Under the pieces are notes generated by a model that worked only from the letters and a program-made list of their open reading frames with translations, searched no databases and was not told the DNA's origin. Positions 24,337-38,226 of a stretch of DNA of 64,000 nucleotides are shown piece after piece. The DNA is from Lepidodermella squamata (Eukaryota > Animalia > Gastrotricha). Every line of letters begins with the position of its first letter. Position 1 is the stretch's first letter. The stretch is taken from assembly GCA_047495785.1 (NCBI GenBank), contig JBLDXI010000028.1:1426001-1490000 (forward strand). Reading direction: 5' to 3'. The translations under genes were made by a program, and so were the position numbers.

Positions 24337-24729
24337 ATGAACACTTATATTGCGAGGCGTTTTCTGACTTGTTCCGCGCGACTTCTTGGCGGAGAACGTT
24401 GGCGCATTGCTAAAGGCTTACCGACCCATCGCAATGATTATGGTCCTCTAACTGATTTACCCGACTGGTCATATGCCGACGGCTCGCCTGGAAAACTCGG
24501 CAAAGGTCAAATCACACGTTTGAAGAAAAACGAGGATATGGCTAAACGCGTGTTAGAGCAGCTCACGGAATTGGATATTGCTATTGGGCTGCAGCAAAAA
24601 GTAGCAGTGGAGCGCCAGGTGGCAGAGTCTAAACTCCTAGAGGATCGTCTCAAACCGAAAACCGACGCATCTGCCGAAAATTTACGCATCAAAGCTCGGT
24701 CAAACAAAGAGGAAAATCGCTCAGCCTAG
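24337..24729 (+). CDS. MRPL52: Mitochondrial ribosomal protein L52 (mL52)
   Basis: WRIAKGLP...YGPLTDLPDWSYADG signature; N-terminal mitochondrial-presequence-like segment. Confidence 0.92.
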   Translation: MNTYIARRFLTCSARLLGGERWRIAKGLPTHRNDYGPLTDLPDWSYADGSPGKLGKGQITRLKKNEDMAKRVLEQLTELDIAIGLQQKVAVERQVAESKLLEDRLKPKTDASAENLRIKARSNKEENRSA

Positions 24730-24837
24730 TCTTGTGCCATTAAAAGCAGCCTCAACTTTTTATTAGTTCCCACAATATTAATATTTATTACTTTTTAGGG
24801 TGTGGTATTTAACATAAGATTGATTTATTGTTAAAAT

Positions 24838-27800
24838 ATGGAGGATTTTGAATCCAGACTAAGCAAACGGCCTCTGGAGCACAAGCAAGTCACTCGCAAT
24901 TGCTACCAAGGCAAGGGTGACATTGCTGTGTTCACCAGCGGTGGTGATTCTCAGGGTAATTATCTCAGTTCGCTTATTTTTATGATTTATGTTTCAATAT
25001 ATTTTTCAGGTATGAACGCCGCCCTTCGCTCAGTTGTCCGCATGGGCCTGTATGTGGGATGCCGAGTTTACTTCATCAAAGAGGTGCGATATCATTGGCT
25101 TTCATTTTTTTCAATGCAAATCCTATCAGCGGCGACCTTTTGAATGTCTCAAGCAAAAACCTTTTGCACTATGCCATGCATAAAGGGTTGCGCTGATTTT
25201 TTTCCCTTCGATTCTGCGCGCGTAGACACATAAGCAGGTATTTAATATCGACGGGACATGGTTGGACTGTACATGTAAACAGAGTCGAAAGAAGAAGAAG
25301 AAATATGGACCAAACATTGATTATGAGGGTGGTGTCTGTGTTTTTATTGTAAAGATCGTGCATTCCCCTACCCCTTCCGCTGCCTATCAAAGCGATTTTT
25401 TGCTGCTCTTACCTGCATTGTTTGATGCAAGACGCAGGATCCACACGAAACCAGTATACAACAGTGGTTTATAATGCGTGGCAATGGGGCGCTACTCTCC
25501 AGCCGAACAGTTGTTTATTTCTGCTTAGCTGCATATTTTTATACCACAACTGCGTAAGAGAAGCGCGTCGACCTACCGATCAAATGAAAAATGCTTTTAG
25601 CGGGAGATGTAGTGTTAATATAGCGTAGACCGCAATTGTGTGCGTATCGCCATACCTGAACAATGTATAATACTTACTAATATATAGGCCAGTAATAATT
25701 TGCCATCTGCATGCAACGGTGCGCCTAGGGGTATAGAAGACGAAAAAAAACGAAAGAAGGAAGAGTGGTAACCTGATAGCACAATGGCTCGATGATGATA
25801 GAATGATATGAAAAATTGTTATTTGTGCAGGGCTACATTGGCATGGTCGATGGCAGCGATGACATGATGGTTGAAGCTACCTGGTGGATGGTCAGTGATA
25901 AAATGGGCCGCGGTGGCACTATCATTGGCAGCGCGCGGTGTGCCGAGTTCCGCCAACGCGAGGGACGCAAAAAAGCGTGCTACAACTTGGCACGCCGTAA
26001 CATCACTAATCTCGTATGCATTGGCGGTGACGGCTCGCTGACCGGCGCTCGCATGTTCCGTGAAGAATGGCCTTCCCTTGTTCGCGAACTTGCCGCCGAG
26101 GGTTTGTGCAGAGAAATGAAGGAAAAACTGAAAATTTGAAAAAATAACAAAAATTTAGGAAAACTGACCGAAGAACAAGCCCAGAGCTGTTCTACTCTCA
26201 ACGTTGTCGGCATGGTCGGTTCGATCGATAACGATTTTTGCGGTACTGATATGACTATTGGTGTCGATTCTGCCCTTCATCGAATCAGTTTGTTGATAAA
26301 AACTGGAAAATTGTATTTGAAATGATGTCTGGACATTTGTAGTTGAGGCTACTGATGCAATCACCGTCACGGCTTCTAGCCATCAACGCGCGTTCGTGCT
26401 TGAAGTCATGGGCCGCAACTGCGGTTATTTGGCGCTCGTCGCTGCCCTTTGCACTGAGGCTGACTACGTTTTCATTCCTGAACACCCGCCGAAGGAGGGC
26501 TGGCAAGACAAGCTGTGCGCTAAGCTCGACGGCGTAAGTTTCTCATAAATTTTAAAACGTTGAAAATATCTATAGAGCTCATAGTCAACTAATTATTTTG
26601 AAAAGTTGAATGTCTAATTATCTTTAGCACACCAAAAAAGTTAGAAATTAAACTTAAAAGCGATTGATTGATGAAAATTGTGACCTGAAATGTTTCCCGC
26701 GTTGAAAGTTGAAACAAAATTCAGGAAATATTGAAATATTGAACTCAAAGATCTGGTATAAGGAAATCTGAAGAATCCTGTCATTGTAAAAAGGTTCACC
26801 CACAAAGATTGAATTTTTTTCCTATTTTTCCTATTCCATGGGCCACAATTTCAAGTTCAGGATTAAATGAAGAATTTGGCCACTTGAAAGATTCAAGTCG
26901 GAGCAAATCTAACATTAGATCTGTTAGATTTAGATTTTTACATTTTCTAATTTCGAAGACCAATTCTAATTCCAATCCGAACGTTTTCCGATACTGTTTT
27001 CTCTTGGTTTCTCGTTCTGATGTCACTTATTCAATCGCTTTGACTCTTTTAAATTTAAATTTCACCCCATTTTAAGAGACATTTTCCCGAATGCATTTGA
27101 AGTAATTGGCTTCATCTATAAGGGCATAATATTGACTGGAATCGATTGGATATATAACTTGATGGGAATTGGCTGAATTTAGGCTTGAACTAATCATTCC
27201 TCAATTTTTAGACCCGCAAAAGCGGAGTTCGCCTGAATATCATCGTGATCGCTGAGGGTGCCACCGATCGCACTGGCAAGCCCATCACCGCCAACATGGT
27301 GCGCGACCTGCTCGAAGAGCGGCTGAAGCTCGACGCCCGAGTCACCGTTCTCGGTCACGTGCAGCGCGGCGGCAACCCGTCCGCCTTCGACCGCCTGCTG
27401 GGCACCCGCCAGGGCGCCGAGGCCGTCATCGCCCTGCTCGAAGCCAACGCTGACACGCCACCGTGTGTCATCGGCATCCGCGGCAATTGGATCGTCAAAA
27501 TTCCGCTCATGGAAGCCGTCGACTACACGCGAAATGTTAAGAAGGCAATGGAGAACTTCGAATGGGACAAGGCTGTTGCTATCCGTGGCTCGAGCTTTGC
27601 TAACAACTTTGAAACGTTCAAAATTCTCGCCGAACTCGATCACACTTCTGCAATTGAACAGGTAAAATTCCGGGAGAAAACCTCTCAAATTCACCCCGAA
27701 AATCCAAAATTTTAGAATTCAGCTATTAGCATGATTTAATTATAATTTTACCTTAATTTTTTGTTGCTTTCCTATTTTAATTTGCAGGATAAGGTAATAT

Positions 27801-30800
27801 AACAATTCACGGTTTTCATTAGAATTTTGTTGATAGCACGCTGTTGTCCTGAATCAAAAATTTTGATAAAAAATATTTTTCTAACGTTCACCACGCGTGT
27901 TTAATTACTATGTGAAATCACTCCGTGACAACTCTGATTTTTTTGCCGAGTTTTTTTTTCAATTTTGAATCACTGAAAATTTCTAATGTTTACCACTCTA
28001 ATTGTGTTTTATTTCTCAAATATTTCATGAATTGTTTTCTTCCTCTTTCGCATGCTGCAGGGCGATGGCCAAGCCTATCGCAAGGTTAATGTTTACACCC
28101 TTTCAAGTTCATTTTAAGAGTGATTTGGTGTAGTGAACAGGCTGTTTTATGAATGAATTCAGCCTGTGAACCAACGCTACTAAATCATAATAACTCAAAT
28201 TGGCTGATTGGTGCGGTTGCGAATTCTAGTATTGGCCTTGAAACTTTCTTTAGGACTGGTTCTTGGCTGTGCTTATGAATGATGGCTGCGAAAATCTTAG
28301 CTTCAAACTTTCAAGCGCTATTTTCATTAAAATCGAGAGAGATGTTAAACTCCTTCTAGCTGGTCGGTCAGCTATTTAGACAGAGGACTGAGCCCTGAAA
28401 GACATTTACCGGAAATTAATTATTTAAAAATTCAATGATCAAATTTATTTTAGTAAATCTAAAAATCTATAACATATTTTACATGAAATTTATTTTGAAT
28501 GAAATTTTAAATCAAATGGAAAAAATATCGAAATAGCAAAGATTTTCTCAATTTTCTCTAAAGTGGAATCAGAAATAACTACGTAGCTATATTTTTCGAA
28601 TTCCCGAATATTTTCACCGATTTCATCGAATTCAAAAAATTTGCAAATCTCCGATGTCATTTCTCGATTATTTTCCCAATTACTCGATAGACGATTGAAA
28701 GATGAAATATGATACTTGGAGTGGTTTTTCTTTTTTTTTGTTGAGTTTCTGCCGGTTTTTGGTCTATTTGCTCAACTGATTCACTGATGCAGTATGAAAC
28801 GCTTATTTTAGTTAGAAGTTCTTAACTAATTTCGCTAGCTTCTAGACGTTTGCAAATGCAGTCAATCTTTACCGGCATTTTTTCTTCGATTTTAATCCTT
28901 TTTTCCGCAAATATTTTACAGAATCCTCAGCGCATGTTGGTTGTCCACTGCGGTGCCCCGGCGTGCGGCATGAACGCCGTCACGCGTTCGTTCGTGCGCT
29001 ACGCCGCTCGCCAAGGCTACGAAGTCGTTGCCGCGTGCAATTCATGGCGCGGTCTCGCCGCCGGAAACGCAACCCTCCTCCACTGGACCGACGTGAGCCT
29101 GTGGTCGCTGGAGGGCGGCTCGAAAATCGGCACCAAGCGCGACACGCCCTCCCACCCTGACATTGGCTTCGACCGTCTGGCCAAGTCGTTTTCCGACTAC
29201 CAAGTCGGCGGCGTGTTGATTGTCGGCGGTTTCGAGGCGTTCAGCAGTGCTATCGAGCTGCTCGAAGCGCGCTCGCAGTTCCACGAGTTCAAGGTACCGA
29301 TCATTGTCGTGCCGTCGACCATCAGCAACAACGTGCCGGGCACGACGTTCAGCATTGGCGCGGATTCGTCGCTGAACGTTATCGTCAATGCGATTGATGA
29401 ACTGAAGCAGTCGGCGCTCGGAACTGGCCGGCGTGTTTTCATTTGCGAAACTATGGGCGGCTATTGCGGTTACTTGACGACTGTCGCCGCCCTCGCTGCC
29501 GGTGCCGATTCGGCCTATATCCCAGAGGAACCCCATGGCATCAAGGAATTGATGGTAAGTCGTCTGTAAATTGTTATTTCTACTTGGATATACCGTAAAT
29601 ATACCGTAACTGAGGTTTTCTACGGTTGGAAATTCATTTTTGCTAAGAAAATTCTGAAATTCGGGACAAATATGGGCAATGTGATTCTAGTGACTCTTCA
29701 AATAATTTCAAATATGTTATAAAAGAAATTACCAGGGACATTTGAATGGCTCAAAACGAAGCTCAAAATAATTAACGTGCATCATTAGACTGATTCGAGT
29801 GTTTTGAAGTTCACGCATTGCTCGTGAAACTAGCCGCGCAAGGAAGAGCGTAGAGAGTCAAAACAAACGAGAAGTCGGTTTGACGGAGAAAATTGCCCGC
29901 TTTCAAACGCCGGTCCGGATCTCTGTCATTTACAACTGATTCCAAAGTTGTCAAAACGCCTGGCAATGTCGCTTCCAAATTTTTGCAAACGTCCGCCTTG
30001 CTGCTCCAGCGTGTATCGCACGATTGAGCGAGTGATTGAAACTGGTGATTTGTTTCTTCGAAGTGTTCTTTCATCGCCTTGAAACGGGAAAGACATTATC
30101 CTGAAATACCTTTTCGAAAAATGTATGAACGCGAGAAGTGTTGAGAAATTGACGTAAATCCTCAGCCAACGCGAAAAATCTCCCAGCTTCAAGTATTCTT
30201 CGAGCTTGTTGAATAGTCAGCGGGTCTTCAAAAGGGTTGCCTAGATTAGGCTCGTTGTCGGCGAGTTCTCTCTTAACCTCAGCCTTTACCGATGAAAAAA
30301 TAGTTTCGATTAGGTTCAGTTGTGGTGAGTACGGTGGTAGAAACTTTACGTTTTTGAAGGAAAATTGTTCAGCTCGTTTTGTTATCACGTGCAGCCAGAT
30401 TATCCAATATCCATGTAGTTTCGACCTTGCGTTACGCTATCCAACACTTTCCGAAATCACTTAACAGACAGCCGGACTAAATTTGCCTTGCACGATTATT
30501 TCCTTATGCAAGAGCTTTTAAGAAGTCGCTACTGGTCTCGATCTCGAGTTTACTGTAGCGGTTTTACCCGCTTGAGTACTAGTGAATCTTGGTTTTTACG
30601 CTGAAATTGATGATCTGAAGGTCACGCTCGACTGATTTCAAAGTTTCAACTAGAACTGCGTCGAGAACTTGAGTTTGAAGTTGAACGATTCTTTAATTTA
30701 GGGGGATGAAGAAAAAAGGAAAAAAGGAGTTGGTCCTTGAACTATGAATATAGAGTTTATTTTTTCCCGGGTCTCAATTAATTATAGAAACTAGACAAAA

Positions 30801-31533
30801 CAGAAACTTCGCAGAACAGCAAATGCGACAAAACAGCAAATTTTTTATTTAGCGACAAAATAGCGAAAACTTAGAATGCAAAAGATGCATCGACTTTCTG
30901 CTGTTATGTCGCAAGTTGAAAAATTTGCTGTTTTGTCGCGTTTGCTGTTTTGGCTATTTGCTGTTATGACGGTCTGCCAGAAACTAGGATTTTCATTATT
31001 CGTCGAGAGCTTTATTAAACAGAAGTTTAATTTTGAAATCTAATTCATTTTAGGTTGACTTTGACCATCTGAAGCGTAAAATGGAGGCGAAGGTGCAGCG
31101 CGGCATTGTGTTGCGCAACGAGCACGCGCACCCGCAGTACTCGACCGACTTCATCCACAAGCTGTACACATCGGAGGCGGGCAAAATCTTCGACTGCCGT
31201 AAGCAGGTGCTCGGCTATATACAGCAGGGCTCGCGTCCGTCGCCCTTCGATCGCAATCTCGGCATCAAATTCGGCTGCAAGGCGGCTATTAAGCTCACGG
31301 AGATGGTGAAGAAGTACGCGCAGCCGGATGGCTCTGTTCTATGCGAAGACCCTGATTCGGTTGTTGTCATCGGCCTCGATGAGCATCACACCTCGTTGAC
31401 GCCGGTCAAGACGCTCGAAGCCGAGACGGATATGGAGAAGCGACGGTGGTCAAAGTCGTGGTTCATGCGCCTGCGCCCGCTACTCAACATCCTGGCGAAT
31501 AAGGACGCCATCTACAACGTTGAGGCGCATTAA
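24838..31533 (+). CDS. PFK: ATP-dependent 6-phosphofructokinase, eukaryotic two-domain type; exons ~24838-24955, 25010-25083, 25831-26101, 26159-26287, 26343-26533, 27212-27661, [27788-27793], [28061-28084], 28922-29554, 31054-31533
   Basis: [51 protein letters not shown] and ETMGGYCG motifs; canonical splice sites with consistent phases. Confidence 0.95.
29811..30075 (-). mobile_element. hAT-type transposase fragment in PFK intron
   Basis: [13 protein letters not shown]...LPGVLTTLE...A..FL....FSFVLTL resembles the hAT (ZMYM/ZBED-like) TRW region; truncated. Confidence 0.6.
30071..30430 (-). mobile_element. Tc1/IS630-type DDE transposase fragment in PFK intron
   Basis: [25 protein letters not shown] matches the DDE_3 motif LPPYSPDLNPIE; truncated. 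Confidence 0.7.
30795..30978. mobile_element. Small MITE with 9-bp direct repeat
   Basis: AGAAACTAG at 30786-30794 and 30979-30987 flanks an internally inverted element (GCGACAAAACAGCAAAT / ATTTGCTGTTTTGTCGC). Confidence 0.55.
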
Positions 31534-34211
31534 ATGATCAACTTGTGGAGAAAAATACCAACCCGACTCACACATAATCAATTCACGAATGAGCAAAAAA
31601 TTCATTAAAAATGCTATCGAGGAAATTCTAATTTCTTGAAATTTTAAAATTGTCTGTAACTAGGTCAATTTTTTTCAAAATTTTTTTAACCTTAAAATTA
31701 GGTCGAATTTCGATTTGAAAAATATTTGTCCGAAATTAGAACTTTTCTCGATACTTGTTGACGCAAGCCAAAAAAAAACGAAGGAGAAATATCGAAAGCT
31801 TTTTATTGTTATAATATAATCGACTTCACATACCGCGATCAATTCCTTTATAGCCCTGCCATTAGATGATGTGAAGAGTTATTTAATCAATTAATATCGT
31901 TGTAATTGTTAACGTGATGTCATACATCTTTCTCTCTTCTTTCTCGTCGCTAGTGCCTGATTAAATTTCACCTCGAATGACCCGTCACATACACATACAC
32001 ACAGTCCTAAATTCCTACCGGTGTTTCGAAGAAACATTACTTAGAGCGTTATTTTTCATACCCGAGACATGTATGTATTTTCACTGCCTGTGCTACTTAC
32101 TTCTTGAAATATTGTTCGAGACTCGTGTTGTTGGAGCGTATAGTGAATGAAAAATTATGCACGCGTTTATTAGAGATTGATTGATGGCGAACAGATGTAC
32201 TATTCAGTTCTCGCTAATTATTTTTGTTTTTCTGGGACTCGTTTTGGCAGTTGGGGTAAATTGGCCGGTTCGTTGGAGGTCAGATTGAACGATGAGATAG
32301 ATAGAGTATACACGCCTATTTTGCACTTTCTCTCCATCTGTGTCTCGCTCTCGAAGAATATGATATTTAGATGATGAGTACCTATATTATAGTAATTTAT
32401 GCGTGCGCGTGTGAAACATCATGTTTTATGTTGTCGAATTATAAATCTGTAATAAAAACGCTTATATTCACATCACCGGCCGTGTTCTGGTTCGCCGAAC
32501 TCGCGTCGAAGGTGCGTTGCGTTTTGCCAGGCGTTAACACGTGGCTGTTCTCTCACGCCGCCATCCAGGCTGCTGAAGGTAATTCAAATGACAGACACGG
32601 CAGCAGGATATTAATCCAAGTTCTTCCTTTGTCAAAAAATCGACGAAAAACCGGAGAATATTCACAAGTCGGAAGTAGTTGGTGAGCATCGATTTATTGT
32701 CCTAAAAATGTATTTTGAAACCGAAAATACTGGGGCATTTCAATTCAGAGGTAGAGAATAACATTAAAACAAAGCGAAGCCTACTATTTCGGTTTCAATG
32801 ATAACGACCATACTCGATTTTTTTTTATAAAATTGTTGAACAAACAGTATTGATGGTGAAGGATTTGCAGGTTGATTTATTCCCGAGTGAAATTTTGCTG
32901 TTTAAATCAGTTAACGAATTATTGCCTGAACGATGTAAAAATTGAGTGGATTGATTTGCCAAATAATAGGGAAAAAATATAAGGGTTAAGATAATTGAGT
33001 TAAGCGTATGTACCTAGGGGTATTGTGCTGTCGTTGTTCATTGATTTACCTGATCCATATTACATTAAATAGGCTGTCCATATTTATCCCACTTGAAGAG
33101 CGACATCAAATCACTCATGTCATGATGTTTGACCCTTTCGTCCGCGTTTTAACCCGAAAACCAAAACAAAAGACAGCTCTGTCGTTTAAAAAGCGCCGGA
33201 ATGCCATATTTTATTGTCGTTATCGAGATAACTGCTTTGTACACATGTAGAATGAAGAGCTGATAATTAGCATCAATTTACTCACGGTAATTTTCCCACG
33301 TAAAACGCAGCCATGTGAATCACTGAAATCAAATCAATCAAATAATAATAATTACACCGCGGTCACAATCGAGCGAGAAGAGAAGAAAAAACGAGAGAAA
33401 ACACGGTAAGAATTGGTATGAAAAGACGTCTTCAAGATTATTATTATTATTTCACGGTTTCCTTTTGTTTCAAGTACAAAGTGTCTCGTCATTCGGTTTT
33501 TTTTCCATTGAGAAGAACTGACCCAATAAAATTAAATACTTTACAAGAAATTCTGCACTTTTCCATTAGGAGCGAAAACACAGCCGGAATGAGGGGGAGA
33601 ATGCGTCTAGAATTACATTTTTCGTAGATAAAACTCGAGAATAATTCAATTTTTGACAAAAAACGTAATTCTGGATCGATTCCCCCTGAGAGAGTCCAAA
33701 ATGAGTCGATTTATATATTCATTCATTCAACGAAACCAGTGACCTTGAGAAATCAAATTTTGATGCAGCAATTTTGTGATGGACATCAATAGTCGTATAG
33801 TTAGTTGGTTATGTATGTAGTAGTAAATAAAAATTCTCATCATCATCATTATCAGGCGAAACAACAAAATGACGGCACAAAACTGTGTGTGTGATTCTCG
33901 GTGCCAAAATAAAACGGCCAAAATAAGTGCGCACTTGAATTTCAATTTATTTTCTATATAGTCCTATCAATTGTTTACAACTTGAATAAAAGAGAGCAGA
34001 CTAAAACAAAGTCGCGATTTTTTTGGTATTTAAATAATAATAATGTGATATCATTTTACAGCGATATTAATCAGCGGTTATTTTATATTATTTATACTAA
34101 TTTTTTGAAAGCGATTGAAAAATAGTATAGTAGTAGTAATAGACGTTAAAAACGCATAAATTACGAGAAACAGAAAGATCAGCTTTATTTTTTTCCGCCA
34201 CCAGCTTTTCA

Positions 34212-36599
34212 CTACAATGGCGACGGAGGGGGTACTTCGTGGCAGAGGACCTCGGCCAGGTCGATAGGCGGCGTTGTGGTTGTTGAAGACGTGACTTTTT
34301 GGTGGCTAGCCGCTGTGTTCGCAGCGTGTTGCGGCGCCAGTTTCGACATTGACCCAGTGAGGCCTTTCACGCTCGCGCTCGCCGAATCGAGCTGACACAC
34401 GCCCGAGTGGTGGTCCTCGCTGTGACAGCCGTAACTCGCGCCTATCGACTCCGTACTCGCCGAGGCACCACGAGATGAACGCACCTACAAAAAATAACGC
34501 AAAATCAATTAAATTTCGAAAAATAATCAGGGCAAAAATCACGGATAAAGATCAAATTTTTACAAAATTTCAAAATAAATTTACCATTAATCTACGATGA
34601 GCTAGTGATGAGCCAATACTGCCAGCTAGGCTGGTTTCAGCAGCACTTGTCCCACCGCCGGTCGCCTGGCCGTCCGAGTCGAAGCGCGGCGGTTTGTCGG
34701 TGCCGGACGAGCACAGCAGAATGCTGCCGCGCGGCAGGTGGTACGAGTCGAGCGTGACGCGCTCGTCGCTTTCGCAGCCCCCGCCGGCTGTGTCGACACT
34801 CAGGTGCCACGAGCCGCCTGTTGGGTCCGGCTCCGCCTGCGAGTTCAGCTCGGCGCTGATGACCGCCTCCACCGAGGCGATCGACAGCGTGCCCGCCATC
34901 GCTGCATTGCTCGCCTTGTCCGGGTACAGCATTTGCGTATCGCCCGATGCGACAGGAGAAGCAGCTGAAAATACACACCAAAATTAGTCAACAAATAATT
35001 TGAATTAGCGTAGTATTTGATCTATCTCATATTTCACTCAACTGAACAAACAGCGAGGAGATTAAAGCAATAAGTAAACATTAATGACTAATTAACGAAA
35101 AATTAATCGACTAATCACAGAAAATTAATTTGGGAACTTACGATTATTTAAAGCAGACATAATTGCATCGAAATCAGATGCATTTCGCTTGTCAGTCGAC
35201 TCCTGGGTGTTTTTCGACTCTTTTGCTCCCACAGAACCTGATCGGCAGAGCGAAACTGGAACGACGCCGTAGACATAGGCGAGTAGAACTGGGACACCCA
35301 CGCCGACAGCAGCTGCGGCGATCGCTGGGCCTGCTATTGTTGCTCCGACTACACCGCCAGCTATTGCGGCATTTCTCGCAGCCGGAGTTGCGTTTCGGTG
35401 CTTTTGGCGAATTTTACGGCCAGTCCAAATAGGGAAACCAGCCATTATTGCGGGGACAGCGATAGCAGTCAGCAGTACGATGCCTACAGGGGCGCCCGCG
35501 AGTAGACCGAGTTGCCAGAAGAGCTTCTTTTTGCGAGACCAGCGCTTCTTGCCCCAGAATGTACACCCCGACGGGCTGAGATAATGTACATCGGTAACGA
35601 GTTTCATACACAACCAGCAGAACTCGGCTCCACACAGCCGGCAAGACATGTGGTTGCACGAGCCGTCATCGGCTTTCAGGATAAACACACCGCAACGCGG
35701 GCATGGCTTAATGTCGTCTTTGTTAACTAGATCAGACGAAACTGCGCTGAATTCAGCAGGAGTGCGGCGAACCCGAGCGACTTCACAAGTCAAATTCGGG
35801 TGCCAGATTTGCTTGCAATGATAGCAGAACGATGTGTTACAGCCGGGCCTTTCACAGCGTAGCTGCGGACATTCAGCACAACCCGCTGCTATCACTGCGA
35901 AACCACAGTCAGGAGATGGACACCATCTGGTGTCTGGATCAGCCATCAAGCATCGACGGAGTAAAAATTCCTCGTATTTTTTGTACATGTGAGAATTGAG
36001 ACCGATAATGGAGGCCACATCACTGGGGTGTAATTTCGATTGGCAGGCAGGTTCGGGACAGGAGAGATTTGCCCTTCCTTCCGATACCTCTGTTACTATG
36101 TATCTTTGAAGGCATTCGAGGCAAAATCGGTGGTCGCAGTTGGTGAGCATACGTGACGTTTCCTCGGTGTAAGGTTGAAAGCACATCGAACATTCTTGCT
36201 TCTGATTACTCGAGGATGATCTTGTGCTGTGCGTTCTACAAAAAATTGAATAATGAAATCAATTTGAGCAATCAGTATAAATCATTACCTCAAGACGGAA
36301 TGCGGAACAGGTAGCTGCTTCCCGTTGAGCCTGTTTTGGGTTTTAGCCGCAGATCTAGATTCTGAAGACGGAGCGGAACTTGCACCTCCTTCAGATTTAG
36401 CGCCATCATCAGATTGATCTGCTCTCGTTAGAATTCGAAGCCGCTGCCGCCAAGAATTACCGTTTTGGGATGACTTTGAGCTGCCGCCGCCAGGGGTTAA
36501 TATCCTACGCAGCGATAAGGCTGGCAGAGCAGGTGGAGATAAACGGAATGTAAAGCGAGTCTGTGATGCTGCATCTTCGGGCTGCTGTTTCGAAGTCAT
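34212..36599 (-). CDS. RNF19: RBR E3 ubiquitin ligase RNF19 (Dorfin)-like; exons 36599-36289, 36235-35142, 34964-34585, 34484-34212
   Basis: RING1 (CDHRFCLECL), IBR (WCPSPDC..C.RPGC..FCYHC), RING2 (CPRC..DDGSCNHMSC..C..EFCWLC), then HYLSPSGCTFWGKK and two TM segments typical of RNF19A/B. Confidence 0.92.
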
Positions 36600-37317
36600 T
36601 GCAACACACCACTCATAACAAATCTATAGAAGCAAGGAGGAAGATGATACGAAATACTTATTAGCCATGGATCATAAAGAGCTTTCAGAGTTCGGAGAAG
36701 GCAGTCTATTATGAGGAAAATATGAATCTCGCTGATAGTCAGTCAGTCAGTGCGCCAAAGTGTTATGAATGATTAATCTTCATTCTTTCAAATGTATTGT
36801 GTATTGATAACAGATAAGAAAACGCCTGCAACTCGCGACTTGCAACCAGCAACTAGCAAGTAGCAAGTAGCACAACAGAGTACAGGTCCCACGCAAAACG
36901 ATAGGGGCCAACTCTTCTCATTCAGCAGCCCCTGAGAACGCTGATTTACTAACCCCCAATTTTGTCAAAACAGCACAACAAATAAAATCAATGCAATATT
37001 TTTTATACTCGAAATTTATATTTTCGATAATTTATAGCAAAACGTAATTATTATAAGTGAGATAAAAATTAGTGCTATTTTACAGACCTTTTCAATCTTC
37101 GAATCGGTTTTTCGGAGTTTTGAGGTTTATTGTCAAAGCAGCCGAGTGCCTTTCTTCCAGGGCCTCCATAGCGCCTATCAATATCAAATCTTGAAATTTA
37201 TCCCATACCTACCATAGAGTTTTGTCCCTAACTTGTTAACCTTGGCTCTACCTAACAAAGCGTAGTCGTAACTGCTTTCTGAAACAACTGTATTTTTGTT
37301 CACTAGCGCTCGCAAAA

Positions 37318-38161
37318 ATGGATATATTGGAAAAGTTACGGAGGAAAGCTAACTCATTGTTTGGTACAAGTGCCGTTGAAGACACGCCGTCTTTTACCAA
37401 AGATGCTGTTATTTTTCGAGCTTCCAAGAAACAAGACTCTGAGGAACTTCCTCCTAATGCAAAGCCGCTAGATCGCCGATCGGCTTATGCCGTGTATATA
37501 AAATGCCGTTTGTTTTATTTTCGAGATTAAAGATTACTTCTCTTTAGAATTGTGAATCACATTCGACGAGAACCTGGCGTAGATAATTTTTTGCTCGTTC
37601 ATGGAACAAAGTTGTTAGCTGTGGCAGCTGCAGTTTCAGGATGTGCGGTTTTATTCTCTTTCCGCAAAGTTATGCTCATCAAACCTCGAGCAAACTTCAT
37701 GTATTATGCAGGTTAAAGATTGGTGGGTTATTGTGTTTTTGCGTTATTTATGGTAACGTTTAGGTGTTTCTTTCATTCCACTTGGGGCCTTGACTGCGGT
37801 ACGCACAAAATATTTTGATGAGCCGATTACCCTTGGCAATTTTACTTGCTTATCGTGCATTCAAACGCGATCTGTTATGCTGCAGCTGGCCGCTGGTTTT
37901 ATTTATCCGATTATATGTTCACCCCTTGCCGCTATCGCCACTGCTCGAAGGCATTTGACGTACTCGACCACGCCGTTGACGCGTCTACCTCATGGCACTG
38001 ATTTGGTCCGATCCGTGCTTCATGTTCGTCGCGACTGGTTGCTATTCATTTTCCTATTCAATGTAATCGTGGCTGCCGGTATTGCTAGGCGTCAATTTCA
38101 TTCAGCCGCCAACTTCCATACCCAACATGAGATGAACGCTAGTCACCACGAAATGAACTAA
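37318..38161 (+). CDS. TMEM126: TMEM126-like mitochondrial membrane protein (three exons; introns ~37494-37547, ~37712-37763)
   Basis: C..C...R...Q...G..YP....P......A.R..TY...P pattern (CLSCIQTRSVMLQLAAGFIYPIICSPLAAIATARRHLTY) plus hydrophobic helices. Confidence 0.7.
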
Positions 38162-38226
38162 CGATAAATCACCCTTCTATACCAATCAATTTTCGTCTCT
38201 TTCTAGTGTTATTAAAATATTATGAG

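Noticed and set aside
31540-34200. ORFs between PFK and RNF19
   Set aside because: Convergent 3' UTR/intergenic region with simple repeats; no coding signature.
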